From Fibrobacter succinogenes subsp. succinogenes S85 (GTDB lineage Bacteria; Fibrobacterota; Fibrobacteria; Fibrobacterales; Fibrobacteraceae): a stretch of DNA of 32,000 bases. Positions 17,568 to 25,113 of the stretch are shown piece by piece. Position numbers and translations under genes: made by a program. The stretch spans positions 1,650,001 to 1,682,000 of the forward strand of contig NC_017448.1 in NCBI RefSeq assembly GCF_000146505.1, written 5' to 3'. Each line of letters opens with the position of its first letter. Position 1 is the stretch's first letter. The notes under the pieces are model-generated. The model had not been told where the DNA came from, made no database searches, and saw only the letters and a program-made list of their open reading frames with translations.

Positions 17568-18296
17568 TTAAATTCCTAAAGTCAGACGATCCTTGTAGAA
17601 TACATCTACCTCGTCCGTATAAAGATCCTGTTCCGCCACGATATCGTACGGAACGCAAACATGCTCGTATTCCGTCGTTTCGGTATCGAGAATCCCGAAC
17701 TGCGCGCAGGGATTGATATTCCGCGGCTGCCCGACAGAACCGGGATTAATAAAAACCGTTTTTTTCTTGTTTCTCGTGCTCGGGGAATCCGCCTTGAAAA
17801 GCACCTCGAAGTAGTGGCACACATGGGAATGCGCAGTCAAGACATAATCGAATTCCGCGTATTCTTCGCGAGTGAGTTCCACAGGTGTAAACTTGCCCCA
17901 ATACGGGTCGCCCAAGATGCCATGCACCAGCAGGAACTTCTTGCCGTCAATTTCCAGGGAACAAGTGCCATCGCGATTCATCTTGTTATTGATAAAGTCG
18001 ATGGACTCCTGAGAGAGGCGCTTTTGCGTATAGTGGAGGATAGCGCGCCCGCGGTCTGTCGCGAATCGGGTCGTGTCGTTGTCCATGACAGCCTTCTCGT
18101 GGTTTCCCCAAATCTTCGCAACAAACTTGTCATCCATACCGCGAATCATGTCCACGATTTCGTTCGGGCGCATGCCGTAATTGACAAGGTCTCCCAGCAA
18201 CACGAATTTGTCGACATGGCGACGTCTAATTTCTTCGAGCACCGCATTCAATGCAGTCACGTTCGCATGGATATCCGACAGCAGGGCGAGTCGCAT
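17568..18296 (-). CDS. Calcineurin-like metallophosphoesterase (YfcE/MJ0936-type, Metallophos_2)
   Basis: All metallophosphoesterase motifs appear in order: LSDIH (DxH), LLGDLVNYG (GDxxxxG), WGNHE (GNHE), LVHG, TAHSH (GH-type), NPGSVGQPR. Length 242 aa. 2-bp spacer to the ppd stop. Confidence 0.82.
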   Translation of the reverse strand: MRLALLSDIHANVTALNAVLEEIRRRHVDKFVLLGDLVNYGMRPNEIVDMIRGMDDKFVAKIWGNHEKAVMDNDTTRFATDRGRAILHYTQKRLSQESIDFINNKMNRDGTCSLEIDGKKFLLVHGILGDPYWGKFTPVELTREEYAEFDYVLTAHSHVCHYFEVLFKADSPSTRNKKKTVFINPGSVGQPRNINPCAQFGILDTETTEYEHVCVPYDIVAEQDLYTDEVDVFYKDRLTLGI

Positions 18297-18298
18297 TT

Positions 18299-19426
18299 TT
18301 ATTTCCTCAGGAACTCCATAAGAGCGTTCTTGTTCTCGATAGGCGTCGTTGTCGGACGGCCCAGATCCTTGCGGTTACCCTTCTTCACCTTGACTTCGAG
18401 GAGCACGGGGCCCTTCATGCCCTTGAGCTTTTCGAGCACAGCAGCAAGCGATTCCTTGCTATCGGCGGTCAGAGCATCACGGTATCCCACGGCACGGGCA
18501 ACAGCAGGCAGGTCAATCTTCAAACCTACAGTCGGCTGGCCACCCACGGAGTCGTGTGCGCCGTTGTTGAATACCACGTGGACGTAGTTTGCGGGGGACT
18601 TGCTTGCGACAATCGCCATGGAACCCATGTGCATGATGGTCGCACCGTCGCCATCAAAACACCAGACCTTGCGGTCGTCCTTTTCCATCGCAATGCCAAG
18701 CGCAATCTGCGAGGCATGTCCCATGGAGCCCACCGTCAAAAAGTCACGTTCGTGACCTTCCCCCTTCTGGGCGCGGTATTCAAAAAGTTCACGGCTGATC
18801 ATGCCCGTCGTAGAGACAATGACATCCTTTTCGCCAAGCGAGGCCGCCACCGTCTGGATAGCTTCTTCGCGGCTCATCGTGAGGTCATTTTTCTCGACGC
18901 TCTGGAGTTTGTAATCCTCGAATGTGTCCTTTTCGATGACGAGCGCGTAGACCTCGCCCGTTTCCTTCATCGTCTTGACGGCCTTCGCGATCTGCTTCGT
19001 AGCCTTGTCCTCTTCCTTGCAGAGTACATCGTAGTTCACGCCCATCGTGTTCAAAATCCCGGTCGTCACCTTGCCCTGCTTCACGTGCTGCGGCTCGTCA
19101 TGAACGCCCGGGCGGCCACGCCAGCCAATCAAAAGCAGCACAGGAATGTTATAGACTTCCTTGTCCGTAAGCGATGCGAGCGGATTGATGATGTTCCCTT
19201 CGCCGGAATTCTGCATATAGACAACGCCAATATTACCCGTCGCGAGATGATAACCAGCGGCTAGCCCCACGGCGGCGCCTTCGTTCGCGGCGATCACGTT
19301 GTGCTTCGCGTCCATGTGATCCGCGATATAGGCGCAAATATTCTTGAGCAAGGAATCGGGAACGCCGGCATAAAAATCAATACCGTAAGAGCCAAGCGTG
19401 TCGATAAAAAACTTCGGAGAGATCAT
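18299..19426 (-). CDS. aepY: Phosphonopyruvate decarboxylase (ThDP-dependent)
   Basis: N-terminal FYAGVPDSLLK motif is typical of Ppd/AepY. ThDP motif GDG...NN is present (CFDGDGATIMHMGSMA...VVFNNGAHDSVGGQ). Length 375 aa. It lies immediately (2 bp) downstream of the PEP mutase gene. Confidence 0.9.
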   Translation of the reverse strand: MISPKFFIDTLGSYGIDFYAGVPDSLLKNICAYIADHMDAKHNVIAANEGAAVGLAAGYHLATGNIGVVYMQNSGEGNIINPLASLTDKEVYNIPVLLLIGWRGRPGVHDEPQHVKQGKVTTGILNTMGVNYDVLCKEEDKATKQIAKAVKTMKETGEVYALVIEKDTFEDYKLQSVEKNDLTMSREEAIQTVAASLGEKDVIVSTTGMISRELFEYRAQKGEGHERDFLTVGSMGHASQIALGIAMEKDDRKVWCFDGDGATIMHMGSMAIVASKSPANYVHVVFNNGAHDSVGGQPTVGLKIDLPAVARAVGYRDALTADSKESLAAVLEKLKGMKGPVLLEVKVKKGNRKDLGRPTTTPIENKNALMEFLRK

Positions 19427-19428
19427 GA

Positions 19429-20739
19429 TTACTTCTTCATCGTTCCGGGAATAAGGTTCAAAATCTGCTTGATAGGCATGCAGTAGTCGTTTGAAGCTTC
19501 GAGGCTACGGCTGTGCGTAAGGATGGACTCCGCACACTTCACCATCGCCGGGTATGCAGACCTAAGCATGTGGTTTGCATAGATGACAATGTTGATACCC
19601 CAAGTCGAAAGTTCCTCTTCAGTAAACTGGTTGTAGGTCGTGGGTACTGCAACAATCGGCGTATGAGCGTCCTTCTCGCGGAAACGCTTGCAGAATTCCT
19701 TGATGTCTTCGCCGCTTTTGTCCTTGGAATGGATCATGATGCCATCAGTACCGGCGGCCACGTAGGCATGGCAACGTTCCAAGGCATCGTCCACGGACTT
19801 GCCCGCAATGAGCGATTCGCAGCGGGAGATCACCATGAAGTCGTCCGTAATCTGGGCTTCCTTGCCCGCACGTATTTTTGTGCAGAAACCTTCAATCGTA
19901 TCCTGCGATTGAATAGCATCTGTACCAAACAGAGAGTTCTGTTTGAGGCCAACCTTGTCTTCAATGATGACCGCAGAAATGCCAAGGCGTTCGAGCGTGC
20001 GCACAGTAAAGCCAAAATGTTCGACCTTTCCACCCGTATCGCCATCAAAGATAACCGGCTTTGTCGTGACTTCGAGCGTATCATTCAAGTCATGCAGACG
20101 AGTCGTAAGGTCCACAGCCTCGATATCCGGCTTCCCCTTACTCGTGGAATCGGTGAGCGAAGAAGACCACATACCGTCAAACTCGCGAACGCAGCCGTTG
20201 ATTTCAACACTCGTATGTTCAGCAATCAAGCCCGTAAGGCCATTATGAGATTCCAAAATACGAACAATCGGCTTGGCCGCAATCAGGCGGCGCAGTGAAG
20301 AAAGTCTCGCCTGTGGTGTCGTACCGAGGCTATCCATTTCCTTTTTGAGGCCAGCAGAAGTAATGCCCTTGGTGTAAGGGATTTCAATAACCTTGCCACC
20401 TAAGGATTCCATAACCTTGAACACCTCGTCACGGATATACTTGTCCGGGCCGTAAAGCCAGTCATCACCATGAATGATATAGTCCGGCTTGTACCTCTTC
20501 AAGTTTTCAACATAACTCCATTCATCCTGGGGAACAATCTTTGATACGCCCTTGATGTTCTCGATGACGTTCTTGCGCTGCTCGTAATTCAGATACGGAA
20601 GGCGCTTGTGCGTTGCAATCGCCTTATCCGTAAAAAGTCCAATCATCACATCACCGTACTTTGCGCCTTCATTGATGATGTTGATAAGGCCCGGGTGCAT
20701 GATGTCACCAATCATTCCTAGATATACTGTTTTTGCCAT
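19429..20739 (-). CDS. aepX: Bifunctional cytidylyltransferase-domain / phosphoenolpyruvate mutase (Fom1/AepX-like architecture)
   Basis: Residues ~1-135 form a CTP_transf_like (TagD/CCT-type) domain: GMIGDIMHPGLINII (HxGH position reads H-P-G-L) and YTKGITSAG (cf. RTxGISTS). Residues ~145-436 form an isocitrate-lyase/PEP-mutase fold with the Ppm-diagnostic EDK-X5-NS (EDKVGLKQNS, nt 19933-19962; I verified the codons by hand). Length 436 aa. Confidence 0.92.
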   Translation of the reverse strand: MAKTVYLGMIGDIMHPGLINIINEGAKYGDVMIGLFTDKAIATHKRLPYLNYEQRKNVIENIKGVSKIVPQDEWSYVENLKRYKPDYIIHGDDWLYGPDKYIRDEVFKVMESLGGKVIEIPYTKGITSAGLKKEMDSLGTTPQARLSSLRRLIAAKPIVRILESHNGLTGLIAEHTSVEINGCVREFDGMWSSSLTDSTSKGKPDIEAVDLTTRLHDLNDTLEVTTKPVIFDGDTGGKVEHFGFTVRTLERLGISAVIIEDKVGLKQNSLFGTDAIQSQDTIEGFCTKIRAGKEAQITDDFMVISRCESLIAGKSVDDALERCHAYVAAGTDGIMIHSKDKSGEDIKEFCKRFREKDAHTPIVAVPTTYNQFTEEELSTWGINIVIYANHMLRSAYPAMVKCAESILTHSRSLEASNDYCMPIKQILNLIPGTMKK

Positions 20740-20776
20740 ATTTTACCACTAAAACTTTTTAAACTATAAAAAATCC

Positions 20777-21529
20777 TTATTTTCTAGTCAGCTTTCTCAC
20801 TAAGAACTTAAAGCCCTTCACAATCCAGTTCTGTTTTTCCATGAACATGCAAGGGATTTCCTTATATTGTATAGCGTTCTTTTCCAGCCACACATCCAGC
20901 AGGCGTTCACTCACAAAGCCAAAAACGCGGGAGTCGTTCAAGCTGTACTGAGAAATATCCAAGCGCTTTTCAAGTTCAAACAAGATGTCGAAAAGCCATT
21001 CGCAATAGCGGTTCAACACATCCCTTTTCATGATGAACATGTTAAAGCGGTGACCAATCGTCCGCTTCATGTAATCGTCGTATACAGGGATATACTCCGG
21101 ATACTTTTCCGTAAGGATTTCCCTAGTCGTATCTAGGTCGATTGCATGGTGGGCATGTGCATATTGAGAATAGTTTGTCTCAATAAAATAATCACGAGGT
21201 TTCGGCAAAACGACATCGCAATCACTAAAAAGGGGCATCAGCTCCTTTTCGCTCAAAATTGAGTTCCATTTGTCCTTTTTCGGGCGAATAGAAAAATGCC
21301 TGCGGTAATGGGCTATGCCAAGATAATCGGCATCCAGATTTTTCCAGGCCCAGTACAGCCCAGACAATTCACAATAGTTCTTGTTTTTCAAACTGATGTT
21401 GTCGCCAGTATTATCTCCGATATAGCCAAGAGACGGCTTTCCTTCTGCGCCAACATGAACAGGCACATACATAGGATCCGTCGGCATTCTATACGTTTTA
21501 TGAGTTGCGACAATAACTTTTGCGTTCAT
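20777..21529 (-). CDS. DUF4422-family glycosyltransferase (family often paired with glf; candidate galactofuranosyltransferase)
   Basis: KVIVATHKTYRMPTDPMYVPVHVGA...NKNYCELSGLYWAWKN...YLGIAHYRRHF matches my memory of DUF4422 proteins. The ORF track start at 21574 would overlap the upstream SDR by 25 nt. ATG 21529-21527 (MNAKVIVATHK) gives the typical family N-terminus and a 20-nt spacer. Confidence 0.72.
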   Translation of the reverse strand: MNAKVIVATHKTYRMPTDPMYVPVHVGAEGKPSLGYIGDNTGDNISLKNKNYCELSGLYWAWKNLDADYLGIAHYRRHFSIRPKKDKWNSILSEKELMPLFSDCDVVLPKPRDYFIETNYSQYAHAHHAIDLDTTREILTEKYPEYIPVYDDYMKRTIGHRFNMFIMKRDVLNRYCEWLFDILFELEKRLDISQYSLNDSRVFGFVSERLLDVWLEKNAIQYKEIPCMFMEKQNWIVKGFKFLVRKLTRK

Positions 21530-21549
21530 ACAAATTTCTCTATCAGGCA

Positions 21550-22524
21550 TTATTCCAAGCACTTCTGGTTGCAATCATTCCACCAGTCAGCAAAAGCTTC
21601 TTCCAAGGTAAACTTCAACGGATAGTCCCGTGCAAGTTTCTTTGCTTCAATGTTGGTCGAAACCATGAGCTTCTTTACGCGGGCAGGGCAGATGCCAAGA
21701 CCAAGACCACCGAGCATGCCACACACCGTAGCAGCCGCCATCATGGGCGTTTTCGGAATATAAGGAATATGTCTCTTCATTCCGACAGCCTTGAGCATTG
21801 CATTTGCAATCTGTTCAATCGTGAACGACGGATAATAGCAGCAGTTGTAAAGCTGGACTTTATCAATCTGCGGTTCAACCAAAGACTTCTCGGCCATTTC
21901 AAGCATGACACGTACAAGGTCTTTCACGTAAATGCAAGCCTTGATGGTATCCCTGCGACCGGCATACGCGAACTTGTGACTTTTCAACCCTTTGTACAGG
22001 CGCGTCATATTTCCGTTTTCACCGGTACCGAATACGATTCCCGGACGAACAATGGAAAGCCTATGGTTTTCATTTTCCGCAGCCCATTCGCGATGGATCT
22101 TTTCAGCCACCAGCTTAGAAATTCCATAAGGAGTATTCGGCGTGGGTAACGTTTCTTCTGTTTTCAGCTCTTCAGCAGCGCCATACGGGGCAATGCTACT
22201 GGTAAACACAATATTTTCAATTCCATGCTTGCGAGCAAAGTTGCAGACGTTTTCTGCGCCGCGAATATTGGTTTCGAAGTAGGCATGGTCCGGATGTCCC
22301 GGAGTACGGTGAATAGCAGCAAAATTAAATACAAGTGTATTCTTGCCGAATTTCCCTTGCATTTCAATCGGTTCACGAACATCGACCTTTTGAGAGAGTT
22401 CGGAGCCATCAGCAAGCAAATCCGCGACATACACTTTCGCATCCGGATACTTTTCCCGAAGTAACCGTTGCATATGAGACCCAATGAATCCACATCCGCC
22501 AAATATCACAAAGGATTCAAACAT
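21550..22524 (-). CDS. NAD-dependent extended SDR (nucleotide-sugar epimerase/reductase-like)
   Basis: IFGGCGFIGSHM (GxxGxxG), YxxxK (PYGISKLVAE), 324 aa. It carries an unusual hydrophobic stretch near the C-terminus (MMAAATVCGMLGGLGLGICP). Confidence 0.78.
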   Translation of the reverse strand: MFESFVIFGGCGFIGSHMQRLLREKYPDAKVYVADLLADGSELSQKVDVREPIEMQGKFGKNTLVFNFAAIHRTPGHPDHAYFETNIRGAENVCNFARKHGIENIVFTSSIAPYGAAEELKTEETLPTPNTPYGISKLVAEKIHREWAAENENHRLSIVRPGIVFGTGENGNMTRLYKGLKSHKFAYAGRRDTIKACIYVKDLVRVMLEMAEKSLVEPQIDKVQLYNCCYYPSFTIEQIANAMLKAVGMKRHIPYIPKTPMMAAATVCGMLGGLGLGICPARVKKLMVSTNIEAKKLARDYPLKFTLEEAFADWWNDCNQKCLE

Positions 22525-22527
22525 ATT

Positions 22528-23652
22528 TTACCAAACTTCCTTTTTGGCACATGCAAGTGCTTCAGCAATAACATGGTGCATATCAAAATACTTGTACATT
22601 CCAAGGCGGCCACCAAAAATCACATTTTTCTCCGATTCCGCTAACGCCTTGTACTGTGCAAAGAGGGCATTATTTTTCTCGTCATTCATGGGGTAATAGG
22701 GTTCGTCACCATGTTTCCAGGCTGCCGGATATTCCCTAGTCACCACAGTATGGTCCGTTGCGACCCCACCCTGACATCCAAACTCAAAATGCTTATGTTC
22801 AATAATACGGGTATACGGGATTTCCGCTTCCGTATAGTTCACAACGGCGTTGCCCTGATAGTTTTCTTGCGGCAAATCTTCCGTCTCAAAACGCAGCGTA
22901 CGGTATTCCAGTTCACCGAACCTATACCCGTAGAACTCGTCTATCATACCCGTGAAAACAACTTTCTTTGCAGAGACAACAAGCGATTCACGTTCCTTAA
23001 AGAAATCAACGCCAAGGCGCACTTCAGCACCTTCAAGCATTTTCTCGACAATCTGCGTATAACCGCCAACAGGGATTCCCTGATACTTGTCATTGAAATA
23101 GTTGTTGTCGTAGACAAAACGGACCGGCAATCGCTTGATAATAAACGCAGGGAGTTCCGTACACTTACGGCCCCACTGCTTTTCGGTGTAGCCCTTGATG
23201 AGCTTTTCATAAATGTCGCGACCGACAAGAGACAGCGCCTGTTCTTCCAGATTGGCAGGTTCACGACCATTCAACGCAGCAAGAGCCTCAGCACGTTGCT
23301 CATCGATTTTAGCCTTCGCCTCAGCCGGAGTCTTGATGTTCCACATCCTGCTAAAAGTATTCATGTTAAAAGGCAAATTATACAGTTCATCCTTATAACA
23401 TGCGATGGGGCTATTCGTATAGCGATTAAACTCAGCAAACTGCTGAACGTAATCCCAAACTTCCTTGTTGCTGGTATGGAAAATATGGGCGCCGTACTTA
23501 TGTACGTTGATGCCCCCTACATTTTCTGTATAGACATTGCCTGCGACATGGTTACGCTTGTCTATCACGAGGACTTTCTTTCCTCGCTTGATAGCTTCAT
23601 GTGCAAAGACTGCTCCAAAAAGACCAGCCCCGACAACAAGGTAATCAAACAT
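22528..23652 (-). CDS. glf: UDP-galactopyranose mutase
   Basis: FAD-binding VVGAGLFGAVFA, HKYGAHIFHT, and C-terminal GRLGMYKYFDMHHVI. Length 374 aa. Confidence 0.93.
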   Translation of the reverse strand: MFDYLVVGAGLFGAVFAHEAIKRGKKVLVIDKRNHVAGNVYTENVGGINVHKYGAHIFHTSNKEVWDYVQQFAEFNRYTNSPIACYKDELYNLPFNMNTFSRMWNIKTPAEAKAKIDEQRAEALAALNGREPANLEEQALSLVGRDIYEKLIKGYTEKQWGRKCTELPAFIIKRLPVRFVYDNNYFNDKYQGIPVGGYTQIVEKMLEGAEVRLGVDFFKERESLVVSAKKVVFTGMIDEFYGYRFGELEYRTLRFETEDLPQENYQGNAVVNYTEAEIPYTRIIEHKHFEFGCQGGVATDHTVVTREYPAAWKHGDEPYYPMNDEKNNALFAQYKALAESEKNVIFGGRLGMYKYFDMHHVIAEALACAKKEVW

Positions 23653-23655
23653 TCC

Positions 23656-25026
23656 TTACTCCGCCTTGCCCTTACCGATACTCGTCACTTCAAAGCCGAT
23701 CTTCCTGAGGGCGTCCGCATCCAAGATGTTGCGGCCATCAAATACAAATGCCGGTTTTGCCATCGAACTGTAAATGCGCTTCCAGTCAAGCTCGGCAAAG
23801 CACTTCCATTCCGTGCAAACAACAACGGCGTGGGCGTCTTCGGCAGCCTTGTACGGGTCTTCTTCGAACGAGACCTGTTCAATCACGTCCTTGAGGTCGC
23901 GCTTTGCATCCGGGATAGCCTTCGGGTCGGTCACGACAGGCAGTGCATGTTCGGCGAGCAAGTCACGCACAACGAGGTTCGCCGGGCTTTCGCGGGTATC
24001 ACCGGTATTGGCCTTGAACGCAAAACCGAACACGGCAATTTTCTTGCCTGCAATCGTATTGAACATGGTTTCGAGCATGCGGTCCACCACGCGGTGCGTC
24101 TGCCACTCGTTAATCTTCACGACGCTTTCCCAGTAAGCGGCGACTTCCGGGAGTCCGTAATAACCGCAAAGGTACACGAGATTCAGAATGTCCTTCTTGA
24201 AGCAGCTACCACCGAAACCGATGGATGCCTTGAGGAACTTGGAACCAATGCGGCGGTCCTTGCCCATCACATAGGCGACTTCGTCGACATCGGCACCAGT
24301 GCGTTCGCAGAGAGCGCTAATGGAGTTGATGGAACTGATGCGCTGTGCGAGGAAGGCGTTCGCCGTGAGCTTCGTGAGTTCGGAGCTCCAGAGGTTCGTC
24401 GTAAGGATGCGGTCACGCGGCACCCAGTGGGCGTACACGTCTACGAGCTTCTGGCAGGCTGCGAGGCCCGATTCTGTCTGGTGGCTACCAATGAGCACAC
24501 GGTCCGGTTCAAACAAGTCGTTGATGGCCGTTCCTTCGGCCAAAAATTCCGGATTCGAGAGGACTTCAAAGTGGAGGCCCTTGTCGTTCGAATTCAGGAT
24601 ACGTTCCATGGCCGCAGCGGTGCGGACCGGGAGCGTCGACTTTTCAACGATAATCTTACCTTCGTCAGCAATTTCCAAAATGTTGCGGGCGGTCTTTTCC
24701 CAGTACTGCAGGTCTGAAGCCTTGCCGGCGCCATGGCCAAACGTTTTCGTCGGGGTATTCACCGAAACAAAGATAATGTCCGCTTCCTTGATGGCGGCAG
24801 GAATATCCGTACTAAAGAACAGGTTACGGCCGCGAGCGCGCTTTACAACGTCATCCAAACCTGGTTCAAAAATCGGAAGATTTTCGCTATTCCAGGCATC
24901 AATACGTGACTGGTTGATATCAACTACGGTAACCTTAACATCGGGACACTTATCGGCGATAACGGTCATGGTGGGGCCACCGACGTAGCCAGCACCAATG
25001 CAAACGATTTTAGTTTCGAAACTCAT
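23656..25026 (-). CDS. ugd: UDP-glucose 6-dehydrogenase (long, eukaryote-like type)
   Basis: N-terminal Rossmann [12 protein letters not shown] and catalytic cysteine motif [10 protein letters not shown]. Length 456 aa. Confidence 0.93.
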   Translation of the reverse strand: MSFETKIVCIGAGYVGGPTMTVIADKCPDVKVTVVDINQSRIDAWNSENLPIFEPGLDDVVKRARGRNLFFSTDIPAAIKEADIIFVSVNTPTKTFGHGAGKASDLQYWEKTARNILEIADEGKIIVEKSTLPVRTAAAMERILNSNDKGLHFEVLSNPEFLAEGTAINDLFEPDRVLIGSHQTESGLAACQKLVDVYAHWVPRDRILTTNLWSSELTKLTANAFLAQRISSINSISALCERTGADVDEVAYVMGKDRRIGSKFLKASIGFGGSCFKKDILNLVYLCGYYGLPEVAAYWESVVKINEWQTHRVVDRMLETMFNTIAGKKIAVFGFAFKANTGDTRESPANLVVRDLLAEHALPVVTDPKAIPDAKRDLKDVIEQVSFEEDPYKAAEDAHAVVVCTEWKCFAELDWKRIYSSMAKPAFVFDGRNILDADALRKIGFEVTSIGKGKAE

Positions 25027-25113
25027 GATACTACAAGATAGAAATTACAATACAACACGATGTACTACGCTTCCAAAACATAGGCTATTTATAAGGTTCT
25101 AGCGCTCTCCAGC

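Noticed and set aside
15816-18296. Nucleotidyltransferase + metallophosphoesterase pair as a possible nucleotide-signalling defence module (CBASS/retron-like look-alike)
   Set aside because: The NTase has the LicC/IspD sugar-phosphate nucleotidyltransferase loop, not a Pol-beta/cGAS-type GS-x-DxD motif. There is no effector, HORMA, TIR or nuclease partner. The pair is translationally coupled inside a phosphonate/polysaccharide operon.
17661-20298. Three + strand ORFs (308, 337 and 261 aa) antisense to the metallophosphoesterase, ppd and ppm
   Set aside because: Shadow ORFs in the GC-rich phosphonate block. The - strand genes carry complete catalytic motif sets.
21530-21574. 15-codon extension of the DUF4422 gene overlapping the upstream SDR by 25 nt
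   Set aside because: The family N-terminus normally starts right at the (M)xxKIxVxxHK strand. ATG 21529 gives that and removes the long overlap. I could not decide this without alignment, so it is noted as an alternative.
22711-24717. 668-aa + strand ORF antisense to glf and ugd
   Set aside because: Same artefact as above. glf and ugd on the - strand have unmistakable motifs, while the + strand product has none and spans the glf/ugd boundary.
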